Assembly: GCA_964601615.1 (NCBI GenBank)
Contig: CAZRNZ010000002.1
Location: forward strand, 207,431-271,430
DNA: 64,000 nt
Source: an uncultured Candidatus Saccharibacteria bacterium
GTDB lineage: Bacteria > Patescibacteriota > Minisyncoccia > Phycocordibacterales > UBA918
Direction: 5' to 3'
Shown piece after piece: positions 38,378-48,082 of this stretch. A model generated the notes under the pieces. It had not been told where the DNA came from, made no database searches, and saw only the letters and a program-made list of their open reading frames with translations. Positions within the stretch are counted from its first letter, which is position 1, and each line of letters starts with the position of its first letter. A program made the translations under genes and the position numbers.

Positions 38378-38583
38378 CAATAATGCTCACAAAACAATTT
38401 CAGGAGAGATTGCGACAATCTATCGTCGACCAGCCTCTGACTGGAGGTGAGATTCGTCGTGCTGAAGGTATGGGGGAGCTTTATTTCTCTATGAAGCGTA
38501 ACCATTCTTCTGAATATTATTTTCAATATACTCTAGAAATTGATGGAACTGATTATCACTTCTTTGGTAAGAAAGTTAATTAG
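38374..38583 (+). CDS. Small protein translationally coupled to the kinase-like gene
   Basis: ATGA overlap with the upstream stop. 69 aa, followed by a terminator. Confidence 0.4.
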   Translation: MTIMLTKQFQERLRQSIVDQPLTGGEIRRAEGMGELYFSMKRNHSSEYYFQYTLEIDGTDYHFFGKKVN

Positions 38584-38595
38584 TTTATCTAAAAA

Positions 38596-38634
38596 CAACA
38601 ACAGCGCGCTATGTAATAAGCGCGCTGTTTTTAT
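38596..38634. terminator. Bidirectional terminator
   Basis: ACAGCGCGCT-ATGTAATA-AGCGCGCTGT hairpin. Confidence 0.65.
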
Positions 38635-38653
38635 ATCTCTGATTAATTGTCTA

Positions 38654-39040
38654 TTAAGTATTAAGCCAAGTCAAAGCTTCACCTTTTTCTGCAAAGATTT
38701 TTATATTATCTCTGCCAGAAAGTGCGGCTACTACTGATCCGGCCATTGAGCCTTTTTCCGCCCCACCAAAAATAGCAGTTTTTTCTACATAGTGGATGTC
38801 ACCTTTAGCTAACTCAGTCATTAGTTCCAGTGCTTTTACATCATATTCTCCTTCAAATTGACTCATGTCAAAAAGTACACGAACTTTTTGACCGAAACCT
38901 TGATATTCAGCAATTATTTTTTCTCCAGCTTCTTTGATAGCAAGTTCTAATTCAGAGATTCTTTCTTCGGTTAAATTTCCAAATATAGAAATATTTATTT
39001 TGCCGTTTTCGTATTTTGTTGTAGCAAGAGGTGGATTCAT
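38654..39040 (-). CDS. STAS/SpoIIAA-like domain protein (tentative)
   Basis: 128 aa with an alpha/beta pattern weakly resembling the STAS fold; no firm motif. Confidence 0.35.
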   Translation of the reverse strand: MNPPLATTKYENGKINISIFGNLTEERISELELAIKEAGEKIIAEYQGFGQKVRVLFDMSQFEGEYDVKALELMTELAKGDIHYVEKTAIFGGAEKGSMAGSVVAALSGRDNIKIFAEKGEALTWLNT

Positions 39041-39056
39041 ATTGTTTATTTATGTT

Positions 39057-39293
39057 TTAAATCAAAATATTTGCTAAAGCTATTAATGCAATAATTATCC
39101 AGATTATATTGAGAGCTGCTGGTTGATATGCTCTTTTATAAAATGAAATACCTAAAAGACCTATGGCTCCAGTAAGATTTAGTAATTGATACCAGATACT
39201 TTCAGGATTAATGACGGCAAAACTTATTAAAAAGTATGCTGTCAAAATTGCTATGGCTCCATACCAGCCAAATATTTCTATAAATATCTTCAC
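39057..39293 (-). CDS. Hypothetical small membrane protein
   Basis: 78 aa, 2-3 TM helices. Confidence 0.4.
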   Translation of the reverse strand: MKIFIEIFGWYGAIAILTAYFLISFAVINPESIWYQLLNLTGAIGLLGISFYKRAYQPAALNIIWIIIALIALANILI

Positions 39294-39434
39294 TTAGTAA
39301 GTTTAGCATCATGGTATGGATTATTCTTTGATATATCCAGTGTTTTAGGATACTGAGCATAAGACTGGTATTTTTTGCTTTTTTTGGTAATATGTGGCGA
39401 CTTGGCAGATTTATTTGTCAATTAAGTAGTCGTT

Positions 39435-39506
39435 GGCCCCATCGTCTAACGGTTAGGACATCAGGTTTTCATCCTGGAAATCGGAGTTCGATTCTCCGTG
39501 GGGTCA
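39435..39506 (+). tRNA. tRNA-Glu (TTC)
   Basis: Acceptor GGCCCCA/TGGGGTC, anticodon loop TTTTCAT, T-loop TTCGATT. Confidence 0.9.
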
Positions 39507-39516
39507 CACTAGATAG

Positions 39517-39550
39517 AAAAGTGCTTTCTTTTGAAAGCACTTTTCTTTAT
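39517..39550 (+). terminator. Rho-independent terminator
   Basis: AAAAGTGCTTTC-TTTT-GAAAGCACTTTT hairpin. Confidence 0.7.
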
Positions 39551-39583
39551 TTTAAATATCTTTGTCAGGTATAATTTTAATAT

Positions 39584-40138
39584 ATGAAAATGAGAAAAAT
39601 AAATATTTTAATTTTAACCTGTGCTTTAGCATTTACTTCTTTGGGTGGATTTGTTTCGCCAAAGTCAGTTGAAGCTTGTTCTTGTGTTGTGCCTGATTAT
39701 TCAGAGGAGGGAGTGCAGAAGCGCTTTAATGAAACGGCTTTAATTTTTGTCGGTACTGTAAAGGATGTATCTGTGAAGTCTGGTGATATTCTTTCTGCTG
39801 GAACAGGGAATATCGAGTTTGAAGTTTCAGCTATCTATAAGGGTGAAACTACAAAGAGAACTTTAGTTCAAGGTGCCCGCGATAGTGCTGCTTGTGGTTG
39901 GATTCCAGAAGTGGGTAGTGAGTATGTGGTTTATGCCTATGAAGAAGATGGGGTATATGGCACTACAAGTTGTAGTCCTAATCATGAGACTCCTCTATCT
40001 GAAAATGAAACCAAGGTTTTTGGTGAAGGAATTGATTTGACGGTGGATGAAACTGTATCTACAGAAGAAGTTGCTTTAAGTTTTTGGCAAAAAATCCAAG
40101 CTTTCTTTGCTGGTATTTTCTCTTCTTTTAATAAATAA
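39584..40138 (+). CDS. Secreted TIMP/NTR-like (OB-fold) protein with N-terminal Cys-Ser-Cys
   Basis: Signal peptide ending VEA|CSC. Mature N-terminus and Cys spacing resemble the TIMP N-domain. Confidence 0.45.
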   Translation: MKMRKINILILTCALAFTSLGGFVSPKSVEACSCVVPDYSEEGVQKRFNETALIFVGTVKDVSVKSGDILSAGTGNIEFEVSAIYKGETTKRTLVQGARDSAACGWIPEVGSEYVVYAYEEDGVYGTTSCSPNHETPLSENETKVFGEGIDLTVDETVSTEEVALSFWQKIQAFFAGIFSSFNK

Positions 40139-40173
40139 TTTTACGAATAAAATCATATTTCTGTGATTTTAGA

Positions 40174-40208
40174 AAATGCCGCCCAAATTTATTTGGGCGG
40201 CTTTTGTT
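40174..40208. terminator. Bidirectional terminator
   Basis: GCCGCCCAAAT-TT-ATTTGGGCGGC hairpin. Confidence 0.7.
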
Positions 40209-40575
40209 ATATATGAACACCATCAGGATCGATATACTTCAGCCAGATTAGTGGAGTTTCAGGATCAATTTTGATATCGCATTCCGTAAGTGCAGCAATG
40301 AAGTCAATCTTGAGGTCAAACATAACAGCTTTGGTGACCTTTTCCTTCCGTAGTGGGAAACCGATTGTTTCAATCTCAAAACTGATTGGTGGGGCAATTG
40401 CGCTGTTGTGTAGTACGAAAGGAATGAAGTCGATGTCGGTTTCAGGATTGAGTTTGTGTTCATCAATACTCAGGGAGTCGGCCACCAACTTATTCAACTT
40501 AAGACCGAGTGGCTTGATGTGCTCAGAGCTGTGATGGAAAACTTCCGGACGAAAGTTCATAATAATCTTCGGCAT
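40207..40575 (-). CDS. Hypothetical protein, possible MIF/tautomerase-superfamily member (Pro-1)
   Basis: Begins MPKIIMNF, as MIF-like tautomerases begin MPxF; about 120 aa. Weak. Confidence 0.35.
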   Translation of the reverse strand: MPKIIMNFRPEVFHHSSEHIKPLGLKLNKLVADSLSIDEHKLNPETDIDFIPFVLHNSAIAPPISFEIETIGFPLRKEKVTKAVMFDLKIDFIAALTECDIKIDPETPLIWLKYIDPDGVHI

Positions 40576-40683
40576 TTTAGTCCTCCTAGAAAGATCTTTC
40601 GTGGCAATTAAAACACTTTTTATATAAAAGTCAATTATTAAAATTAATCCATATATCTAGTTTACTGTGCTAGATTTATATTA

Positions 40684-41106
40684 ATGAAATTTACACAAGA
40701 CAAAAATATTTACATCCTAAGGTTAGACAGGGGAGAGGATCTAATTTCTTCGATAGAGGAATTTTGTCAAAAACATAATATTTCTAACGGTTACTTTTCT
40801 GGAATAGGGGCGGTTGATAATCTATCTTGCGGCTATTATTCTTTAGAAGAGAAAAAATATTATTTTAGACAATACACTGAAATGTTAGAGGTGGTTAGCT
40901 TGACTGGAAATATTTATTTAAAGGAAGGTAAACCATTTGTTCATGTGCATGGTGTTTTTACTGATAAGGAAAACAAGGCTTTCGGTGGTCATATAGAAAG
41001 AGCTCAAGTAGGCTTGGTATTAGAATTGGTCATTAATGTCACAGATACTTCTGTCGAAAGAAAATTCGATGAAACTACTGGACTAGGAATATTAAATTTC
41101 AGTTAA
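40684..41106 (+). CDS. PPC/DUF296 domain protein
   Basis: 140 aa; the pattern YILRLDRGEDLISSIEEFC...GIGAV matches DUF296 plant-and-prokaryote-conserved domain. Confidence 0.65.
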   Translation: MKFTQDKNIYILRLDRGEDLISSIEEFCQKHNISNGYFSGIGAVDNLSCGYYSLEEKKYYFRQYTEMLEVVSLTGNIYLKEGKPFVHVHGVFTDKENKAFGGHIERAQVGLVLELVINVTDTSVERKFDETTGLGILNFS

Positions 41107-41138
41107 AATTTAATGACTATATAAGTGGCTTTAAATAT

Positions 41139-41176
41139 AAGGAAGACCAGTCGAAACGACTGGTCTTCCTTTTATT
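41139..41176. terminator. Bidirectional terminator
   Basis: 14-bp stem AGGAAGACCAGTCG/CGACTGGTCTTCCT. Confidence 0.7.
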
Positions 41177-42104
41177 TTGTCTTTAGAGTGACGTAGATAT
41201 CTTCTAGGGCCCGTACCGCGTCTCCGGCAGCAATATTGTTTTGGTGATATTTAATATTTGTACAGTCACCGGCTGCCCAGATTCCTGGTACTTCAGTTTT
41301 TTGTGTCCATGGATCAATTTTTACATGTCCTTGTTCATCAAGTGGAATCAAATCTTTAGCAAAATCAGTATTTGGAATTGTGCCAATTTCTACAAAAATA
41401 CCATTTACTGGAAGAGTGTGTTCTTCTTTGGAAACCTTATCTTGGTACTTAATCCCGCTTACAAATTTTTCACCAGTCACTTCTAGAATGTCGACATTTT
41501 TAATAGCCTTCATGCTTGGATGACTAAGAACTTTTTCTACTGTAATTGATTCAGCTTTAAAAGATTCACCTCGATGAAGCAGGGTTACACTCTTTGCATA
41601 TGCTAGAAGTTGGGCTGCTGTTTCAAAGCCAGCGTTGCCACCGCCTATTACTGCTACATCCATGCCAGAAAACATAGGACCATCACAAGAAGCACAGTAG
41701 GTAAGTCCTTTGTTTTCAAACACATCGGCTCCAGTTACTTCCAGAGCTCGACGTTTTGAACCAGTGGAGATAAGAATAGATTCTGTTTCAATAACTTCTC
41801 CTTTTTGTAGTTTTAGCGAAAAGCCTTCTTCTTTTTTCTCTATACCAGTTACAATTGTTTTGTCTTTTATTTCTAGAACATCATCAGCATATGTCTTAAC
41901 GTGTTGCTCTAGACTTTTTGCCAATTCTGGACCTGAAATTGATGGTGTGCCAATCCAGTTTTGGATATCAGTTGACTCTGTACTTTGACCACCCCAATCA
42001 CGAGTAATTAAAAGAGTCTTGAGTCGTTTGCGAGAAGCATAAACACCAGCTGCCGCACCAGCTGGACCTCCGCCAATTATTACAAGATCGTATTTGTTAC
42101 TCAT
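41172..42104 (-). CDS. trxB: Thioredoxin reductase
   Basis: GGGPAG FAD motif and redox-active CASCDG. Confidence 0.9.
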   Translation of the reverse strand: MSNKYDLVIIGGGPAGAAAGVYASRKRLKTLLITRDWGGQSTESTDIQNWIGTPSISGPELAKSLEQHVKTYADDVLEIKDKTIVTGIEKKEEGFSLKLQKGEVIETESILISTGSKRRALEVTGADVFENKGLTYCASCDGPMFSGMDVAVIGGGNAGFETAAQLLAYAKSVTLLHRGESFKAESITVEKVLSHPSMKAIKNVDILEVTGEKFVSGIKYQDKVSKEEHTLPVNGIFVEIGTIPNTDFAKDLIPLDEQGHVKIDPWTQKTEVPGIWAAGDCTNIKYHQNNIAAGDAVRALEDIYVTLKTK

Positions 42105-42194
42105 TTTGAAAGTATGATTAGGAATAGATAGATTGCTATTGTATCACAAAACAAGGTGCGGCCTTTGGCCGCACCTTGTTAAATTTTTAAAAAT

Positions 42195-43496
42195 TTATTT
42201 CAACTTACTTCGTCGCAGGAAGGCTGGTACTGCGCCCCAGTCATCATCGTCCTCGTCTACTGGGTCAATTGGTTTGGGTTCTCTAGCCGGCGGCGGAGTT
42301 GGTTGTTCGCGCTTATTTGTTTCTGGTGGAATTGTATTTTTTTCTTCCACAACCCTTTCTTCTCTTTTTGGAGTTGAGATCGAGTTAAAGATTCTTCCCC
42401 TAACACTAGAATCTTCTGCTGGTTCACGCTCAACTTTTTCTACTGGCCTAGAAACTGGACTGATTGAACTCCGACGTTCTTCAAGAATTGCATTTCTATC
42501 AATTTTTCCTTCAGGAAATCCTGTTGCAATAACAGTTACCTTAACTTCATTCTTCTTTAGCTTCTCGTCTTTAATTGTTCCAAAGATAACCTTAGCATGT
42601 GGATCGATTGATTCTGTAATTATGCGAGCAGCATCTTGAATTTCTAACATTCCAAGATCGTCACCTCCGGCAATGGCAAATAATACTCCTTTGGCACCAT
42701 TGATTGAAACTTCAAGTAGTGGGGAATTAATAGCTAGGCGAGCAGCTTCTTCGGCACGCTTTTCACCTGATGATGTTCCGATACCCATCAAAGCAGAACC
42801 CGTATTTTCCATTACGCTTCTAATGTCAGCAAAGTCCACGTTGATAATACCTGGAGTGGTAATAAGTTCTGAAATTCCTTCTACAGCATTTTTAAGAACA
42901 TCATCACAAATAGAAAAGGCGTTTTTTACTGTTGTATCTTTATCGACGATTGCTAGAAGTCTGTCATTAGGAATGATGATGAGCGCATCAACTTCTCTCG
43001 CTAGCTCGTCAATACCTTGAAGAGCTTGGCGCATACGTTCTTGGCCTTCGAATAGGAATGGCTTTGTTACAACACCAACAGTTAGTGCACCAGTTTCTCT
43101 AGCAATCTTCGCTACTACTGGAGCAGCGCCTGTACCAGTACCACCACCCATACCGTTGGTGATAAAAATCATGTCAGAACCTTTGAGAGAGTTAGCGATC
43201 TCTTCTCTTGTTTCTTCAGCAGCACGTCTGCCCATGTCTGGATTTCCGCCAGCACCAAGACCACGGGTTAAGTTTTTACCGATATGAATTTTCTTTTTAG
43301 CTAGTGAGTGGTGCAAATCTTGAGCATCACTGTTTATAGCGATAAACTCAACACCTTTTATTTTTGAAGCAACCATGTGGTTGATAGCGTTGCCACCTGA
43401 TCCACCAACACCAATTACTCTAATTCGAGCGAATGTCTCTACGTCTGATTTAATCTGCTCCATAATAAAACTCTTAATGTATAACAATACGCACAT
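42195..43496 (-). CDS. ftsZ: Cell division GTPase FtsZ
   Basis: GVGGSGGNAINHM tubulin signature. C-terminal DWGAVPAFLRR FtsA-binding peptide. Confidence 0.95.
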   Translation of the reverse strand: MCVLLYIKSFIMEQIKSDVETFARIRVIGVGGSGGNAINHMVASKIKGVEFIAINSDAQDLHHSLAKKKIHIGKNLTRGLGAGGNPDMGRRAAEETREEIANSLKGSDMIFITNGMGGGTGTGAAPVVAKIARETGALTVGVVTKPFLFEGQERMRQALQGIDELAREVDALIIIPNDRLLAIVDKDTTVKNAFSICDDVLKNAVEGISELITTPGIINVDFADIRSVMENTGSALMGIGTSSGEKRAEEAARLAINSPLLEVSINGAKGVLFAIAGGDDLGMLEIQDAARIITESIDPHAKVIFGTIKDEKLKKNEVKVTVIATGFPEGKIDRNAILEERRSSISPVSRPVEKVEREPAEDSSVRGRIFNSISTPKREERVVEEKNTIPPETNKREQPTPPPAREPKPIDPVDEDDDDWGAVPAFLRRSKLK

Positions 43497-43613
43497 TCCT
43501 AAGTTGCGTTACTAGCTATGATACATCTATAAAAATGTCCTGTCACTATATTGACATTATTGTGTTTCGTGTGATTGAAATCATCGTTTTTGTATTGTTA
43601 AACAACGATTATC

Positions 43614-44777
43614 TTATGGAAGAAATTGACTGAGCCAATTTATAATGGAATTTTTTGCTTGTTTAGCTACACCAATACTATTACTTTCTTCTGTATCGCT
43701 CATACCCCATACACATAATCCGTAGGCAACTGCCCAGGCAGGATCTTTCACCTTACCGTTTACACTAGGATCAAGTACAATCGCTTTTGAAGGAAGTCTA
43801 AGGGCATTTTTTGCCATATCCTCTATGCCAGAAAGATTTGATCCACCGCCAGTTAATATTACTCCAGCAGGTAAAAGACCATCACGTTTAATGCGTTTTA
43901 GGTGTAAATCAATTAGTTCAAAAATATCCGAAAGTCTTGAATTTACAATTTCATCAATTTTTCTTTTTGGGTAGTTGCTGCCACTGCCACCGCGTTTTAT
44001 TTTCTCTGCTTCTTCTAGTGGAACCTTAAGTCCAAGAGCAATGTCATTAGTAATATCGTTTGAACCTACAGGGAAAACAGCTACAGATATAGGTAGGCTA
44101 TTTTCATAAACAGCGATAGAAAGTGTTTCGGCACCAATATTGGCTATTACACAACCAGCGCGTTTTTGTGCTTTAGATAAAATCACAAAGCTTGCTGCTA
44201 ACGGTGAGGCCATTACGTCTTCTACTGCAACTCCAGCTGCTTCAACTGCAGATATTAAATCAGACACGTGTTGTTCAATGATATTTATGAAAAGAGTATC
44301 TACTTCTAGTTTGGTACCGCGAAGTCCAGATGGTCGGCCAATTACTCTTTCGTTATCAAGTGTGAAAGCAAGTGGAATATCATGGAGAATCTTTCGGTTA
44401 GGAATATGTTCCTGAATCCTTTCTTCACTATCATGAATAGCTTTTTCAATATCAGTATCAGTGACCTCGGAATCAGCACGAGAAGTAATTATTTCACCAT
44501 GTGAAAATATCTCACTCAATCCAATTGAGCCGATAGATAGGTAGGCTTTTTTAATAGAAGTACCAGAAGTTTTTTCGGCCTGGATAATGGCACTTTTAAT
44601 GCTGCGAATAGCATCTTGTTCATTAACGATGTAGCCGTTACGTAAACCGCGACTTTCGGCGTGCCCAACACCAATTATCTGTGGTATAGCGGAATTTGTA
44701 CTCTGGGTACTTTTTGTCACCACCACCTTAATTTGGTATGTGCCGACATCAATTCCAACTGTTACACGTTCTTTCAT
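43614..44777 (-). CDS. ftsA: Cell division protein FtsA
   Basis: Actin-like ATPase (GIDVGTYQIKVVV); located upstream of ftsZ. Confidence 0.9.
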   Translation of the reverse strand: MKERVTVGIDVGTYQIKVVVTKSTQSTNSAIPQIIGVGHAESRGLRNGYIVNEQDAIRSIKSAIIQAEKTSGTSIKKAYLSIGSIGLSEIFSHGEIITSRADSEVTDTDIEKAIHDSEERIQEHIPNRKILHDIPLAFTLDNERVIGRPSGLRGTKLEVDTLFINIIEQHVSDLISAVEAAGVAVEDVMASPLAASFVILSKAQKRAGCVIANIGAETLSIAVYENSLPISVAVFPVGSNDITNDIALGLKVPLEEAEKIKRGGSGSNYPKRKIDEIVNSRLSDIFELIDLHLKRIKRDGLLPAGVILTGGGSNLSGIEDMAKNALRLPSKAIVLDPSVNGKVKDPAWAVAYGLCVWGMSDTEESNSIGVAKQAKNSIINWLSQFLP

Positions 44778-44836
44778 TAGAAATGATTATATCATTGTAA
44801 TCACAAGATATAATGTGGATTTCGTAATTACTCGTT

Positions 44837-45250
44837 TTACTTACTTGAATATTTATTTAGATATTTTTCTTCCAAAGCCTCCATTTTTGCACCATGATCG
44901 TATCCTTTTAAGTGAAGTAGTCCATGAATAAACAAAAAAGTCATATGTTTTTTGTATGTATAACCAAACTTTGGTGCTTGTTCTTTTATTACGACAGGAG
45001 TCATATATATTTCACCAGAGTCTTCCGAAAAAGGAAAAGATAAAACGTTAGGAGAATAAGTCTTTCCTCGTGATTTTTGATTTATTTTTGAACCAAGTTT
45101 TTTTCCTACAAAAACTAAAGATAAATCATATTTTTTTCCTAAAATATCATCTTTGATTTCTAGGTAGGGAAGTTTGCAGTAAGTCCTAGCAGTGTTACTT
45201 ATATTGATTGACATGTTTATATATTTTAAAGCAAAAACACTATCAACCAA
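44837..45250 (-). CDS. ybeY: Endoribonuclease YbeY
   Basis: HGLLHLKGYDH zinc-binding motif. Confidence 0.85.
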   Translation of the reverse strand: MVDSVFALKYINMSINISNTARTYCKLPYLEIKDDILGKKYDLSLVFVGKKLGSKINQKSRGKTYSPNVLSFPFSEDSGEIYMTPVVIKEQAPKFGYTYKKHMTFLFIHGLLHLKGYDHGAKMEALEEKYLNKYSSK

Positions 45251-45267
45251 AGTTGATAGTGTTTTAA

Positions 45268-45510
45268 TTATCGGCGAGATGAGGTTTCTGCTGTCTTGCC
45301 TAGTTTGTACATTTTTTCGTACTCGGCTTTTTTAGCCAATCTCTTTAAGCGTGCTTCGCGACGAATATTTTCGCCTTTTTCGCGCTTGTGATAACGTTCG
45401 TCACGTAAACGACGGATAATACCAGAGTTCTGAACACGCTTCTGAAAGCGACGAATTACGTTCGCACTGCTTTCATTGTTATTCTTCTCTATTGCTACAT
45501 TGATTGCCAT
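45268..45510 (-). CDS. rpsU: 30S ribosomal protein S21
   Basis: IRRFQKR...RLAKKAEYEK S21-like basic pattern. Start set at MAINVAIEK (track ORF starts 21 nt upstream). Confidence 0.65.
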   Translation of the reverse strand: MAINVAIEKNNNESSANVIRRFQKRVQNSGIIRRLRDERYHKREKGENIRREARLKRLAKKAEYEKMYKLGKTAETSSRR

Positions 45511-45563
45511 AAGTGGCAGAGATAATAACATATGTTAAATGGCAAATCAACACCTATTTCTAA

Positions 45564-46736
45564 CTAAGTATTTAAGCTTTTTAAGCGAGTAGCCAACTTA
45601 TTTATACTGATTGTTTCTTGATTTTTACCAGACATGTCACGCAAAATGATGGTGTTATCTACAAATTCTTTTTGACCGATAATAAGAGTGTATTTTGCTC
45701 CGCTCTCTTCAGCTTTGCGAAGTTGTTCAGATAATGAGTCGGTTGCCAAATTTTGGTTTACTGAAATACCAGCTTTTCTAAGATCGTTCAGAAGGAGTAA
45801 TGCACGAACTTTTGGTGCAAAACCAATGTGTATTAAGTGAATCGGAGACTTTTTAGTTGACATTTTTGGTAGCCGAGTGGGGAGGTTTTTACCTTTTAAA
45901 GTAATTACCGCTCCTGTTGCTGGAGTATTTTTGTTACAATGCTTTTCTAGCAAAGTGCCATAACGACCACCTCGAATTTTAAATGGCTGATTTTCTACTT
46001 GGTAACCATTTTGATCTACTAATTCAAAAGCAAAAATTGCGTCATGATAACAGCCGTAATGACCAATTAATTTTGGATCAATTTCATAAGGAGTCTCACT
46101 CATGTCCAAGAATTCTACAATTTCACGAAAATGTTTTCGGCTTTGATCACTCAGGTATTCCATTGGACTTGGACTTTTAAAAGCCAGGTCGTGATTTTTT
46201 TCAATTAAGTGAAGTAGGGCAGAAGAAACATGTTCTTTCATCAGTTCGCGGGCATTAGGTGGCATTTCATCCATCTTTTTGCGGAAGAATGTAGTGAGTT
46301 CCCGTGTGTATCTTTGTTGAGAGTCATTATCACCAAGAGAGTTTATCTTTACCAAATGATCGCTATATCCAGCGTCATTTAAAAATGATTTTATGGTTTG
46401 AATCAAAATAGATTCGGCAATACTTTTCTGGACACCATATATCTGAAAAACAACTGATGCTTCATTAGTGCGAGGAGTTGATTCAATATTGTAATAAAAA
46501 ATTGGTTCTTCAATAGCATGAAGTTTGTTCGATATGTAAGTGTTTACACCTCCTGTAATGAGACCAAAAGCACCGTCTTGACGACGAATATCAGCTTTTG
46601 CCATGGTTGCACCCTTAACGCTTTTGCATTCGACACATTCCTTTCTCTTGCGCCAGTTTTCATCAGAACGGAAACCAAAGTGTTCCGCTGTATTTATTGC
46701 TTGTTTTAAAAATTCATTAACGCTTATATCAGTCAT
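45564..46736 (-). CDS. hisS: Histidyl-tRNA synthetase (divergent N-terminus)
   Basis: HisRS-specific GGRYGTL (GGRYDGL-like) motif, KINSLGD motif, class IIa anticodon-binding C-terminus. Confidence 0.6.
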   Translation of the reverse strand: MTDISVNEFLKQAINTAEHFGFRSDENWRKRKECVECKSVKGATMAKADIRRQDGAFGLITGGVNTYISNKLHAIEEPIFYYNIESTPRTNEASVVFQIYGVQKSIAESILIQTIKSFLNDAGYSDHLVKINSLGDNDSQQRYTRELTTFFRKKMDEMPPNARELMKEHVSSALLHLIEKNHDLAFKSPSPMEYLSDQSRKHFREIVEFLDMSETPYEIDPKLIGHYGCYHDAIFAFELVDQNGYQVENQPFKIRGGRYGTLLEKHCNKNTPATGAVITLKGKNLPTRLPKMSTKKSPIHLIHIGFAPKVRALLLLNDLRKAGISVNQNLATDSLSEQLRKAEESGAKYTLIIGQKEFVDNTIILRDMSGKNQETISINKLATRLKSLNT

Positions 46737-47364
46737 TTTGATTGTTTGTATAGTTACCTGGCAGAATTGAAAAATCGGCAGGAGGAAATAATCTGATAAA
46801 AGCTCGACCGATAATCTTATCTTTGTTTAGTGCACCCCAAGATCTTGAATCTGAACTATGGTCACGATTATCACCCATAACGAAATACTCATCTTCTCCT
46901 AAGATGGTGGTTTGATTGGTGTAATTTTCCATTGAGGCAATGTATGGTTCTTCTAGTAAGAGTCCATCAGGATTTTCTTCATTAAAAACAACTACCTCAG
47001 AGCCGTCTATGTAGATAGTTTCACCTGGAAGTGCAATTATGCGCTTGATGAAAAACTTCGAAGGATCATTTGGATAACGGAAAATAATTACTTCACCGCG
47101 CTCTGGAGAATTGAATCGATAGTTTAACTGGTCAACAATTAGGTATTCATTGTTATGGAAAGTGTTTTCCATTGATGCGCCAGAGACAATAAATGGTTGT
47201 GCAATGAACCAACGAATTGGTAAGACAATAATAAGTGCAATTAAAGCAAAATTAACAATCTCGACAAAAACAGAAGGTTCTTTTTGTTTTGTAACTGGAG
47301 TTTCTTGATAATCTAAATCAGAAACTATTGGAGTGTTGTTTTTATCTTGATCGTGTTGACTCAT
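46729..47364 (-). CDS. lepB: Signal peptidase I
   Basis: S26 motifs VSGASMENTF (Ser) and GDNRDHSSDSR (Lys box region). Confidence 0.85.
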   Translation of the reverse strand: MSQHDQDKNNTPIVSDLDYQETPVTKQKEPSVFVEIVNFALIALIIVLPIRWFIAQPFIVSGASMENTFHNNEYLIVDQLNYRFNSPERGEVIIFRYPNDPSKFFIKRIIALPGETIYIDGSEVVVFNEENPDGLLLEEPYIASMENYTNQTTILGEDEYFVMGDNRDHSSDSRSWGALNKDKIIGRAFIRLFPPADFSILPGNYTNNQND

Positions 47365-47471
47365 AACTGTTTCTGATACATCAAATTCAAAGCTAATTAT
47401 ACTTCAAAAAAAGTAAACACAAAACCTCATTCTTATTGTGTAAATAGTTTCTGATATCATATACTTTAAAT

Positions 47472-48053
47472 ATGTTTACGATTGTTGGACTTGGGAATCC
47501 AGGGGAGAAATATTTATTGACTAGACACAATGCTGGAAGGATTGCTTTGGTGGAAGCTTTAGCTAAGGCAGATTTTCCTGCTAATGATTTGGCAAGTGGA
47601 AGATTGGGTAAATTAGTTTACGGTAAAATTGGTGAAGGTGAGGTATTAGCAATTTTCCCTGATACATATATGAATGAATCTGGTCGGACGGTTGTGAAAT
47701 TTGTCTCTAAAGATGATTCTGAACAACTTATTGTTGTGTATGACGATATTGATTTACCGATTGGAGAATTTAAAATATCTTTTGGTAAAGGTGATGGTGG
47801 TCATAATGGTGTCTCTTCAATTATTTCTAGTTTGGGAACAAGGGATTTTGTACGAGTAAGAATTGGAATTGCACGAAAAAATTTCTTTGGCAAAATTCTG
47901 AGACCTAAAGGCGAGGACTTGGCTCGATATGTTTTGAGTGATTTTTCCAAAGGTGAACTGGATAAGCTTCGTGGTATTTCTGATGAGTTATGCGAAGCAC
48001 TTGATACGATTGTAAATAAAGGTGTATCGATGGCGATGAATAAGTTTAATTAG
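47472..48053 (+). CDS. pth: Peptidyl-tRNA hydrolase
   Basis: VGLGNPG...TRHNAG N-terminal signature. Confidence 0.9.
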   Translation: MFTIVGLGNPGEKYLLTRHNAGRIALVEALAKADFPANDLASGRLGKLVYGKIGEGEVLAIFPDTYMNESGRTVVKFVSKDDSEQLIVVYDDIDLPIGEFKISFGKGDGGHNGVSSIISSLGTRDFVRVRIGIARKNFFGKILRPKGEDLARYVLSDFSKGELDKLRGISDELCEALDTIVNKGVSMAMNKFN

Positions 48054-48082
48054 TTAGAGGTAGAGATTGTTTATAGGTAAAT

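Noticed and set aside
42133-42639. 168-aa plus-strand ORF
   Set aside because: Antisense to the 3' end of ftsZ; Ser/Gly-rich composition reflects the ftsZ complementary strand.
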